64,000 nt of DNA from the NCBI GenBank assembly GCA_030704615.1, contig CM060731.1, positions 86,056,001 through 86,120,000 of the forward strand, in the 5' to 3' direction. Origin of the DNA: Takakia lepidozioides (lineage: Eukaryota > Plantae > Bryophyta). Both the position numbers and the translations under genes were made by a program. The notes beneath the pieces were generated by a model. The model made no database searches. It saw nothing but the letters and a program-made list of their open reading frames with translations, and was not told where the DNA came from. Positions 1 to 11,155 of the stretch are shown in pieces (position 1 is the first letter of the stretch; every line of letters begins with the position of its first letter).

Positions 1-832
1 TCTTTCTCTCAAGTCTGGTGTAAAAGTTGAAATCCTAGAACAACATCACAAGTATCCTACATTTAATCCGAAGTAGAAGAAGATCAAGTACATCTTACTC
101 AGCCAATTTATATCCTCTTCAAGTGGTGGAGGCCAATTGCCAGGTTAACCCCCCCCCACATCCTCTGTCAGACACCTCATAATGCTGGCCGCCGCTTCCC
201 TTACTGGCGCTCTCTCAGAACAGAATGCATTACGCCAAGGTGTGTGAATCCTTCACCGCCCCCCCCCCAGCGATTTATCCCTTAGTGTGCCAGCCGTCAT
301 GATCCAGCAGCACCTCAATGGCACCACCGCTCCTGGTAGTGTAACCTTAACTGCCGCCGTCGCTGCACTCATCGACGCTTCCCAAAACCAGATACATTAC
401 TCCATGTTGCACACAATCCTTCACCGCCCTCGTCAGCAATCCTCCAGCGAGCCATGCATTGTCAACAACATGACAGCACCATATCTCCTACTGGCAACAG
501 CACGAATTACCAGCCTGCTAGTCCTATCTTCCCCTTTCCTTCCCTTATCTCCTACATCACTACCACTAATCACAAGCCTAAACTATGATTAAGACCAGCA
601 GAAAATAGATTGCCCGATCAGACCACCTTAAACAGATTGCCTCACTCGGGCTGCCATGCCTGCCAGCACTCCACCCATAGCCCTGATCCGGCACTCCCGC
701 CGTTCACCCTTCTCGACATCCTAAGTTGCAAACGCAGTGGATGAACTCCATCCAGCAACTACATCTGCACACTTAGCTGCAAGTAATTCTCCATAGGACA
801 AAAGAAATAAATTTTAGTGGATGATGAATCTC

Positions 833-1714
833 TCACAGATTCACACTACAAGCTACCAACAATCTAAAATCCCCTCTAAACCCTCGATCCAAAACACCAG
901 AGGCCACCAAACAATGCTTTTGTAACATGAGCTTCTTCCATCCTTCAACCTCCAAGCACCGACCTTGAGGACCAAGAAAAGTCAGCCTTGTTGGGAGAAT
1001 TTTCTGAAAATAAGCCGGTATGTCAAAGTCCATATGACTTCGCAGAAAGGTGGTGTTAGAAGGGATAGCCAGAGGAGCTCCACTCTTCTTACCTGGGAGG
1101 GGAATCTGCCACTGATGCAAATAGTTAGGAGCAGTGTTGGCAAAATCAAAATAGCGTGTCCAATTGAACTGTTGCCCTGCTCCTCTCTGCACTGCTTCAG
1201 CCAAACTCCTCATTTGAGACAGGTGCATCATAGCACAACCTGCTGGAAGAGTCACACTATTCAAATGGACCTTACAAGGTTTAGCACAGTCAGTTTGAAA
1301 CCACATTACACTGCTGAGGACATCGATGGTGGCTCCAGCCCCTTTCATCCAGTCGAGCCCTAGCAAGAGCTGCTCTCCTAAAGTAACAATACAAGTTAAC
1401 ACTACAGACTTACGACTTATCTTAACTGGCACAGTCACCAGCCCCAGGGGCTGATACGTTGTACCATCAGCATTAATACTGACTTGCATGCCAGTAGCAG
1501 GAGTTAGTTTCAAGCCCAACAAACGTACAATGGTGATGGAAATGGCAGAAATGGTACAGCCAGTGTCCACTACACAAGGGAAAGACAAATGGCCAATGTG
1601 ACATTGGGTCATGAGTGGGTGCACACGCTCTCTTTGCAGGCTTCTATTAGCTTCACAGTGCATCAGCTTAAATTCATTTGACAATACAGCTGACAATACA
1701 GGTTTTTCATGCAC
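833..1714 (-). pseudogene. Retropepsin-type aspartic protease fused to a degenerate dUTPase-like domain
   Basis: Protease motifs VVDTGCTISAIS and LLLGLDWM. The C-terminus KILPTRLTFLGPQGRCLEVEGWKKL...VASGVLDRGFRGDFRLLV matches dUTPase spacing (GVID.DYRG motif III), with the RSG motif II lost. Confidence 0.7.
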
Positions 1715-1730
1715 AGGGTAGGCTACTTTT

Positions 1731-1771
1731 TGACCGCCTGGCCCCTTTACAGACGGTCACGTTCATTTAAA
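1731..1771 (-). promoter_or_regulatory. Putative -1 ribosomal frameshift signal at the gag/pro junction
   Basis: Heptamer T TTA AAT in the gag frame (1771-1765), then a 5-nt spacer and the stem TGACCGTCTG/CAGGCGGTCA (1759-1731). The -1 frame runs into the protease ORF through two TGA codons. Confidence 0.65.
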
Positions 1772-4440
1772 GACTTCTCCCCATTCTTAGTCTTCAAATA
1801 CTCTTCAATCATGCCAGGAACCAAGTCAGCATACGTGCATAATCGAGTGTAGTGTTCCAGTGACCCACAAATGTAACATGCCACTCTTTTTTCCTTTGAC
1901 TTCATATCTTTTTCCCGTGTGGGTGTGACCATGATGGGATTCTGCAGGTGAAGACTTGCCAGGTTGTGAATGCCAGGAGCTATCAGTTCGTAGCAACTGT
2001 AACTAAGTATGCAACTCCTGCTGCATACTTTTAATCTCATCAAGCAGAGTTGGAGTCAGCTCTGTAGATCCACCCTTAGGCAAAACAACCCCATTAGTGC
2101 ATTCAGAAGTACGCAACATGGTAGAATGACTTACTGGCGTGCTAGTCTTACCCTGTTTGGCATTCTTTAATCTCATTCGCTCATCCATCATTTCCACCAT
2201 ATGCCTTTCATCTCAGTAAGGATGTTTCTGAAGGTTAACCTGATCAGAAGAAATAGGTCTTGAGAATTGCAGTTCGCTCAGAGGGTATGGGAATGGCCTT
2301 GAGGTCACAGTGTTTTAAAGGTCGGTGTAGTATTTCCACCAGAGCGGTAAGGTCTGTCGGGCATTGTGTAGTTGATGGGTGTATCAGCCCTGAACAGTTT
2401 GAGTGCCAGCTGTTTGGCCACTCCTCATCTTAGTTCACCTTGGTCCTTGATACTAGCCTCAAACAAGTCACAAGCCTCACTCTTAAGACATAACCTAAAA
2501 GAATTGGTCACCATGTTAGCAGGCAGCTCATTAAACTTGACACTCATCTCAAAGAAGTTGAGAAAATTTTCAAAGTCTTGACCCACCTCATAGTCTGGAT
2601 ACGGGCGCTTGTGAGTGCGCTGGACTTCCTTAGGCTTGGCAACTAGTGCAGCCCCCACCTGTTTGTCAATAAAGAGCTGCATTAAAGCAGGACAACTGGA
2701 CAGAGTGGTCATGGCATCACAAATTCCCTGGATGCCAATGTTAGGCACATTACCTGACGAGGTTGCCTGAGCCCCTTGCATGGGTGTTGCACTACCAGTG
2801 CCCCCCACTGGCTCTCGGGAGATGGAGTCTCAGGCATAGGTTCAGGAAGTACATCTTCGTCCACTTTTACCTGCTCCGTGAGGTCTACATCTTCCAAGTC
2901 ATCCAAAATCTTCCAGGACTCCCGAGCTGATCTGGTAGTGATCACAGGCATTGCGAATTTATTAAAGCAAGAAGAATCGTTACCTTCCACGCCGGTGCGG
3001 CACAGGCTGCTGCTCGTCCTCCCAGTCAGTAATACTGTAAGAGCTCACGAATTTCTGTTTGTGGAGCATGTACACTGCTTCACCCAAGAAATGCCAGAGC
3101 TCTGCATCAACTTTGAGCCGAAACGCCACCCTTACAACCGATCATATTACCTTTTCCTTTACAAGCAGTGTGTGCACGGGGTAAATCAGTGATCGACATA
3201 GCACCGGAAAGGCTAAGCCCCACTCGCTCCAACAGCAGGATAGATTAGCACATCATTCTCATTGTGTGGGAATCGCGAAGTAGGGACTCCCGCCACATGA
3301 TCTTCCCAGGAGAGGTCAACATTGTGCTCAGGCTTCCAAATGGGTTTTAAGTTAGCCAAAACAAGAGAGCTCCCTCCCCGTACCAGCTCCCAAAGCCTTT
3401 GAGGACTAGGTCGTTGTGGTGGCAAGCCCCCAAGCTCTGTTGTGATCTCCCCAGCCACAGTAAACTGTGGAACCCCAAGTTCAGCCCAACTCAGCTTCTT
3501 GCCTATCAACAAGCGTTCCTTGGCGACGGACAAAGGCAACTTGCGTGCAATCTCTGCCGCATAGAGGCGTTGTAAGATTTTTGCCGCCCTCGCACCCTGC
3601 AGAGCCTCAATGCATTTCCTCCTTTGCTCCGCCTCCTATATGGTGGGGTGTGCGTGAGTTTCAAACCCTCTACTGCAGCTGTCAACTCAAACTGCCACAC
3701 CCAGTGATCTCAGGGAGTCTCTACAATGAGCTCAGGTCGCTCAATTGGTTCTCCAAAGGGAGGGTAGTCCACTTCCATAACCAGCTGGGGATCAACAGCA
3801 AAAACCGCTTCATAATGTCCCGCAGATGTTTCCTTGTATGCGTTGAGCTCAGCTTCAGCTGGAGAACGTGACGACAATGCCATTGCTGCAAATCACAAGA
3901 CACACAAGAGCTCACAACACACTAGATTGCCCGCAAATAAGCAGCTTTCGCAGAACAGATGGCGCCGCCATTGCTGCGCAGCCTTTTTCCCTTGTACTTC
4001 CCTGCAGAGAATGTTTCATCCACAAAAAAGTGCCCCCATCTCGACCAAGATTCTCGCACACTCGGAATATTCTACTTCCTCTGCGGGTTTATGCTATGAA
4101 GGGGGATATAAGCTCGGTAAAGCAGGTGAGCGAGGATAGGAAGGATCTCTCAAAGAGGATACGAGATCTCACAGCCCAGACACTCTATTTATCCATAAAC
4201 TCAAGTACATCTGTCACCCGTACATAAGAATGAACACACTGAAAGTACACCGGCCCCTTGCGCTTCCAGCTAATTCTAATTTATATAATCTTTGAGGGGT
4301 AATCTCATCAGCCATGCTGTCTTCTCCTGATTGGCTCTTTAGATTTTAGCCAGGTGACCATCCAGATAGGATGATAGGATGCCACGCAGTTATTTTTAGG
4401 ATAAACTAGCTGTTAACTCAAGACAACCTACTTTATTTAA

Positions 4441-5261
4441 CCCTGAAGTTCCCAAGCCCTTTTTTGACTTTTTACCAATTTTGGGTACCCAGCTGCAGTA
4501 AATTGCCCCTAGAAATCTACCAAAAATCATCCACAGATTCCAGCCTTATAGCAATAGGCCCAGCTCATTTATGCATGACATACCAAAAAATGAGCCAAGT
4601 CCACCGTGGAAATTGTGAGATTATAGCGTTGGCCCGGACCTCAAATATCAGGTCCCAAAGAAAAAGTGAGAAAGAAATAGGTTTGACCAAATCAAAACCT
4701 AGCTTTCTCCAATTTTGCTTGCCCCAAGACCCACCATTTCCAAATCAATAGTGGAGTGGCCATGACCCCACTAAATTGCAGGTCCAACTGATTTTTTCAC
4801 CTATGGTTGTTATTCATGCAATTACATGGGGGTTGAAATCTCAAAATTGACAACAGAAAATGTGCCTCCAAATGAAGTACTTTTTTTTCTACAATTTTTT
4901 TAAAAGCCAACGATGGATGTGTGTATGTAATGCTCACACACCACAAGGTGAAGTGTTTTTTCCAAAATTGCTAATTTTCTGCCAAAAATGCCCTTTGGAG
5001 TGCAATCTGTTTTGGGCTTGTTTACCTGCCATGTCAGCGGTCAACAGCCCTTTTCAGGCCCCAAAACGTAAATTAAAGATCTAAGATATTTTTTGTAAGT
5101 CGCAGTTTTTTTTAGTTTTTTTTAGTTTTTTGCATCATACTCGAGACAAATCCCTTGTCATTAAAGCTTCAGGAGTGGGCCCCATCAGCTTAGATCTGCA
5201 AAAATTAGGTGGAACTGCAAATTCAAAGTGACCTGATTCAGGTCGCTTGGGAACTTAAGGG
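4441..5261. mobile_element. Non-autonomous TIR element (MITE) with piggyBac-type ends
   Basis: TTAA|CCCTGAAGTTCCCAAGC ... GCTTGGGAACTTAAGGG|TTAA. 17-bp TIR with 16/17 match, TTAA on both sides, non-coding interior. Confidence 0.8.
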
Positions 5262-6110
5262 TTAAATTAGACATGCCAGGTCGTCATCTTGGCTGTATCC
5301 TAACGGTCATCCATTTGCATTCATCACTGGAGAATATCTTGGTGTGTAGAATCAATGTCATCACAATGTTGCATAGCTTTATAAAAAGACCCAAGTGGGG
5401 TGACTGTACAAATGGGTAAAACTGCCCCAAGAAACAAGCGGGTGTGTATGTTGCATGAGCGGTGAGCAGGATTAAGCATGAGCATGAGCACATATTAGCA
5501 TTAGCAAAGCCTACTTTAGGGAATATTCTCTGAATTTGGCCCTTCACAACCTAATTTTTGAACCCTTTTCATGTCAAAAACTGGTAGGTGCTCCATCATC
5601 ATGTTAGGTTTGGTTCGGAAAAAGTTGGTTCGACAGTTACCGAACTTGCATAGTCGGCGCTAATTACAAGCCGTTGGATCGATATGATGGGAATAGGGCC
5701 GCGACAAACGAGCCGCGGGAATAGGGCCGCGGGAATAGGAACCGTTTGTAATAAACAATATTTTTTGAACATGCTTAAGATCCGAAAGGAAAGCAATGCC
5801 TGAGAATTTTAGCCGACTGGGTTTTTTTTATATGGCGCCGATTATGCAGTGGCCGGTTAAGGAAAGTCGGCAACGACTACAGCCATTGCGGGGACTGGGA
5901 AACAGTAGCCACACCCATTTCCGAGGTCGTGGATAATGAAAACAGCGTGAAGTTGAGGCTTCGGGGATGGCAGCGTGTACACAGATAATCTTGATGCAGC
6001 TGACAGCAATCGTGCAGCGCAGGGATCTGAGCAAGGCAGGTTGATTGAGCGGTCGCGGAATGATGACGGGATAGGTAGAGAAGAATGCAGGACCGAAACA
6101 GGCGATTCAC

Positions 6111-6641
6111 ATGATGAAGAGAACTTCTCCGCAGCTCCCAGAATGGACACAGCCAATGTTGAGGCAGCTGACAGCAGTCGTGTTGTGGAGGGCGACGAGA
6201 AGGACAGGCCCGCGTCCCCTTAGCTGCTATATTTTTCGTATTACGCCGAAGCGATCGGGGAGTCCCTTGCATTTTCGGAATGTGGAGTGCCTGGGTGGAG
6301 TGCCTTGGAGTCCGAGTCGTCGGAAAGCCTCCTCCGAGACTGAGGACCATGATGAAGCTCTAGAGTACTCTATAGATGCATATGAAAAAATGGATGTTAA
6401 TGAGCAAGACGACTTCTACTGGACTGGTGCTTCCCTGGGCGTCTTTCAGAGCTCTGCTCCGAAGTTTATTGTTCCGGCGGAAACAGACGCATTCGACTCA
6501 TGCACTATTTGCCTGGAGTCTGCACAATCGGGAGACTCTGGATGCACGCTCAGTATGTGCTTTCACTCCTTCCACAGTGCATGCATAGACACCTGGGTTC
6601 AGCTGAACGACACATGCCCTCTCTGTCGGCGTACGTTGTGA
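6111..6641 (+). CDS. RING-H2 zinc-finger protein (putative E3 ligase), intronless; 5' end uncertain, possibly frameshifted from the acidic ORF 5975-6223
   Basis: CTICLE...CFHSFHSACIDTWVQLNDTCPLCRR is a C3H2C3 RING. Confidence 0.75.
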   Translation: MMKRTSPQLPEWTQPMLRQLTAVVLWRATRRTGPRPLSCYIFRITPKRSGSPLHFRNVECLGGVPWSPSRRKASSETEDHDEALEYSIDAYEKMDVNEQDDFYWTGASLGVFQSSAPKFIVPAETDAFDSCTICLESAQSGDSGCTLSMCFHSFHSACIDTWVQLNDTCPLCRRTL

Positions 6642-6974
6642 GAAAACATAGGGAGTGCATTTTGATGTTTAATTCTGTTTTGCGGCTGTTTGTTGCGGGC
6701 CTCACTCTCTTGTTTACTGCTTTCATTTGTCTGTAAGCTTCCCATGGCCATTATAAAGTTTTTTATAAAGTTTTTTGGCTCAAGTTTTCTTTCCTCTCTC
6801 TAAAGCGCCATTTCATTTCATTTCTCTTGTTGTTTTCCATTTTGTCCCATAAGCTCTTTGAGCTTTCCGCGCACGTTATAAAGTAACAAAGGAGAATAAA
6901 AAGTACCGGCACTAGCAGGCGCACATTGTCTCTCTTGAAGTGCCATACATAATGTGCACCTTGACCTCATACAC

Positions 6975-7435
6975 ATTATAGTCGGCACAGACTACAACAA
7001 TATGAATTGTGCACTTGCATGAAGAAACTAAATGAACTAAATGGATTGTTGTGCACTTGCATGTCGTACACTTTATAGTCGACACAGATTACAAGGCTGC
7101 AAATTGCATGAAGAAGAAAGTCAGTTAGGGGAGTCAGCCCAAAAGTCGGTAGTCTGAAGTCCGGTCATTTGAGATCAATGGTAAATGGAATATTGGGCAC
7201 CTAGGGCTCGTGCACTTTATAGTCGGCACAGACTACAACAATTCCATTTGCATGAATATGCAAAAGATCCAGCAACAACATTGTTCATGAAGATAAGCAA
7301 GTCCATGAAGCTAGTAAGATAAGTAGGTTAGGCAATTAGTGGGCTCATGTGAGCGACACCGGTAAACTGAATGGAATATTGTGCACCTTCAGCACCTACA
7401 TCTCATTCACCTTGTAGTCGACCCAGACTACAAGG
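6975..7435. repeat. Dispersed TAGTCGGCACAGACTAC near-palindromes downstream of the transposase fragment
   Basis: Copies near 6978, 7076, 7220 and 7415. Same motif family as 29720-30560. Confidence 0.6.
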
Positions 7436-7736
7436 ATTGTTTTGTGTGGTAATGCTGAAGATCCGCCAAAACAAGCATTTCCTGGAAAGTATAACCCAGA
7501 CTGTTACAAAAATATGCTCAGCTCATGATCGAGCCCTCGGCCATGAAAGCATACATGAGGTTCGACGCGTACACTAAGGAGATTGGGACCTTCAGCTGCC
7601 TTGGTTGGCTATGGGCTATAGATTTAGCATACAACTAGCGTCACTTGCCTCCTTCTCACCTTACTTTCTTCTGTTGTGACAGAAAAAGAAGTGGATCTGA
7701 AGAGACCACGTAGAACATGGATATTTGTGGGGGTAA

Positions 7737-8826
7737 CTATGGGACCCAAGGACAAGGGTCGCGAACTAACATTCCCTTGATCTCATTTACTGTGAGCGTA
7801 GCGTGATTTATCTCCTCCTGCTCTTCCCGCATCTTCAAACGGCGCAACATAACATAGTATATATGCTTGCAATGGGTGTAAGCTCCTTTTGAGCTTTTCA
7901 TTTTATCAAAGTCAGGGCACGTGCACTCCGGATTTCTAGAGATGCAAACATTGTACACCTCCGCTGCTTTGGCTGATCTCGGTGTGCACAGTCCACAAGT
8001 GCACAGTGTACACACGTCCAATTCCAGGGCGGGGAACGTCTTTGAATGATTGCACAATCGCCTTCAAAGATTGTCCTAGCTCGATCTTCTTCCGGGCATG
8101 TGCTGACAGTTTCTTCCGCCGATACACCCTGTTCCATCTCTTTGTGGCGTATGTGTCCGGATCGAGGTTATTGCCATCATCCGCAACATTGTCCCATTCA
8201 CCTTGGACAGTGCTCATGTCTTATGTGGGAACAAGTCAAAATCCTCCTTTGATCAAGGCGTCAACCTCCTCCTGACTTAGATTGGTCCCAACCATCACAG
8301 GCCAGACGTCCGGAACATCAGGTCTATCGCTCGCACATATCGGCCCGATTCACCACCGACACAGTAGACGATGTCTGTTGGACAGAACCACATTTCCATC
8401 ATCTTGGGTTTCACCAGAGCCGGAGGATGGTGGCGACCAACATACCTGGGAGGTGGAACACCCAAACTCTAGAGTGGCCGGATTTCCTCTTTGCATGGCT
8501 TCGCACTGTCAGACCATACTGCCCAACACTTCACTTGTGAAGTGTCCGAAGCTCGACCAATGTGCCAGCATGCCGTGGACACCGTGGTCTCCAAAACAGG
8601 CTTTATGTTCTGTATTGGAAGGTCATCCTCCAAGGTCTCCACAAACATGTCTACAATGCTTGTGCTCACTCTGGGTCCACCGGCACCTTCAGATCGTCTG
8701 GGTGTCATTCAAAGGTTTAAGTCAGACCTCCAAGAATGAACGCGTTCCTCGTCTTGTAAGTTGCCGAGAACAATCTTCCGCTTTGTTGTTTGAGTGACAA
8801 GGTCACCCTCTAGCCCTGGATTTCTA
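7737..8826 (-). pseudogene. 3' fragment of Mutator-like transposase (C-terminal Cys-rich region + SWIM finger)
   Basis: YNVCISRNPECTCPDFDK...HCKHIYYVML is a SWIM finger. Colinear DNA paralog of 28392-29385, with frameshifts and stops. Confidence 0.85.
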
Positions 8827-10969
8827 AGGGTAATAGTCGCCAATGACTTTCCCGAGGCCTGTAGAAACTGAACCGCTATCCGGCAGTCCCGACGTCAAAA
8901 TTGATTAAAGTTTGAACAAGTCGTGCTGACTAGAATAAAAAATCAACACCCTTTATCTCGAAAACCCGACGGATGTCATCCGTTAGCTAGGTTTAAACAG
9001 TAGATTATAGGCTAGGTTGACAGCTGCTGACAGATCGGCCTGTAGTCGTTGCCGACTACATTATTTCTGAACTGGGTCTTCGAAAACTGGCTCTCAAACA
9101 GGAAAGTTGGCAGCGACTATTGGTTAAAACGGCGACTGCGACGGAAAGATGCACTGTAGTCACTGCCGACTTCATTATGTAGGCAGAAATTGTCCCAAAC
9201 ACATTGTTTCAAGCCTTTATTCTGCTGGTAGTCGGCACTGACCTTCAATTTCCCGGAATTCTACTGCTTTTAGATGGAATATTCGTCATTATTCTGCAGA
9301 GAGCCCGGCTTCCGATGGGGCATTTGCTGTATTTGCCGCATTCTGAGGGTGTGGTCGACGCCGACTAAGATAATTCGCGTATCTAATGCAGGAATGCGAG
9401 GCATGAAGGCACACAACAAATCGAAGTCGGCCTCAACTTTACAGAATTCTTGAAATCACATGGATTATGGAGATTAAAACACACAGTACAGTTGATTTTA
9501 AATGATCGGCACCGACCAAGAAAATAGCGGACATGCATTTGCAGAGTACAAGGGTATCGCGGGAGCATTCGCATCCAATTTGCAGGATCTGAAGCACATG
9601 TGAGGCTCTGCTCCCAGACCTCCACGAGCCCGCAAATCGGATTAGTGCTGGAAAAAATGGTCGGATGAATGTACGCAATCTTGACACCTATCCTTACGAT
9701 GAAAGTAGTATGGATGACTTTCCTCAACCCGCATTCGACCTACATGTCTCATCCGAAATCTGAAACTTCAAAGTAGGATAGATGTCGTGATTCCATGGAT
9801 GAGGGATTGCATGTCTCATCCGTTACTGCAGTTTGAAAATTTGCTGGACCACGTGGCAGATATGCGGGGTACCTTGTGCAGGTGGACACGTGGCGACGCC
9901 ACACTTGCGATATTTTGTAACCATCCATTACTTCTCACATAGGTCCGCTTTTCATCCCTTTCCGGCTTCTGCAGTGTGTTCGGTGATCCGGATTCTCCTC
10001 TGCTGTTCCCAACTCTTCAACTTCCTTTCTATTCTCGAGATTGTTGACGAGATCATGGGGTGTCATGGATCTCGATGATTGCAGGATATGCCCGACATGG
10101 GTGAAAAGCTGAATGGATTCCAAAGTTTTGGCATGAATGGAGCTCGAGTCGTCATCCCATATGACAAATGCGTACAGTTAGGAAGGCCTAACAACATTGC
10201 TAAGCATGGTCCTTTTGACTTTAGTTTTTTAATCCCTTTATAGTGGAATAAATTTGTGAGACCTAAAGTTTTGAATTTTCTGTTTGAAGCACTTTTTGTA
10301 AATGCGCATCCTAGTTACAAATGGAAGAAGTCTCAACTCCAATATTTTTGTAGGAAGGGAGAACATGGATCACCGCCCCATCTGAGATCCCCTCCTCCCT
10401 CCCCATGATCATCAAATATTTTGAAATTTGGAGGTGCAGGGACTATGTTCCTGATGGTCCTCTGATGAGAATAACTTGGACATGTTGTGGACCTGAGTAT
10501 ATCTCGAGTTGCTGCAAAACCGATACTTACTATTGCAACCAGTAAGTTGTTCTTCTTTCTTCGCAGGCCGCAGAAATGAAGTTGTTTCCTGTGACTTAAG
10601 GTTGTTGGGAGCTTTGATGGTCATTATGGTTGAACGAAGCTGCCAACTTTATAGTTTCGTGACCTCAGATCATGAGATGTCTGACATGAAGGGGAAAAGA
10701 AGGTTCTTTGGATTGAGAGTTGGTCTAACTGTCTGTGGGTGAAACACAGTTGGCTGAGCTGTGAGAGCATAGTCTGGTTATAGTTCTAAGTCCTGTACGC
10801 TATGGAGTTCCGAGCATGGACACAACAAGTTGGTACAGTTCATTCCCATGTCACATGAGACGGTGATTTCCTTCTCAAAATGTAGCAATGTTTCTATTTC
10901 CGTGGAACAAACAACAAAGGAAGTTGGAATGATCCCCCGATTTTGCTGTCCGTTTTCAGTGAAAGTGGT

Positions 10970-11155
10970 AAGTCAGCGCCAATTTGTATCAATTACCCCG
11001 ATTTTGCTGGCTGTTTTCAATGAAAGAGGCAAGTCGGTGCCGATTTGTATCATTTACCCCAAGTTTTGGGGGGGGAAAAAAAAACATTATCCGGAGAAAA
11101 AAAAAATCCTAAATCGGCGCCGACCCAGCCAAATTGATAAGTCGGCGCCGATTTA
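10970..11155. repeat. Cluster of AAGTCGGCGCCGATTT-type palindromes
   Basis: Four variants near 10970, 11031, 11111 and 11139, just inside the TIR-like end at 11274. Confidence 0.55.

Larger units (their letters stand above)
833..2990 (-). mobile_element. Decayed Ty3/gypsy-like LTR retroelement: gag (capsid-like region + CCHC zinc knuckle), then protease/dUTPase-like ORF
   Basis: Gag-like ORF pieces at 2425-2808, 2003-2200 and 1747-2043. Zinc knuckle CYICGSLEHYTRLC, followed by an aspartic protease ORF. No RT or LTR recognised. Confidence 0.75.

Noticed and set aside
3213-4227. Short ORFs, including a CVSC...WHCRHV SWIM-like string, and a possible LTR boundary at 3136
   Set aside because: Too short and unsupported. 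No paired LTR or PBS found.
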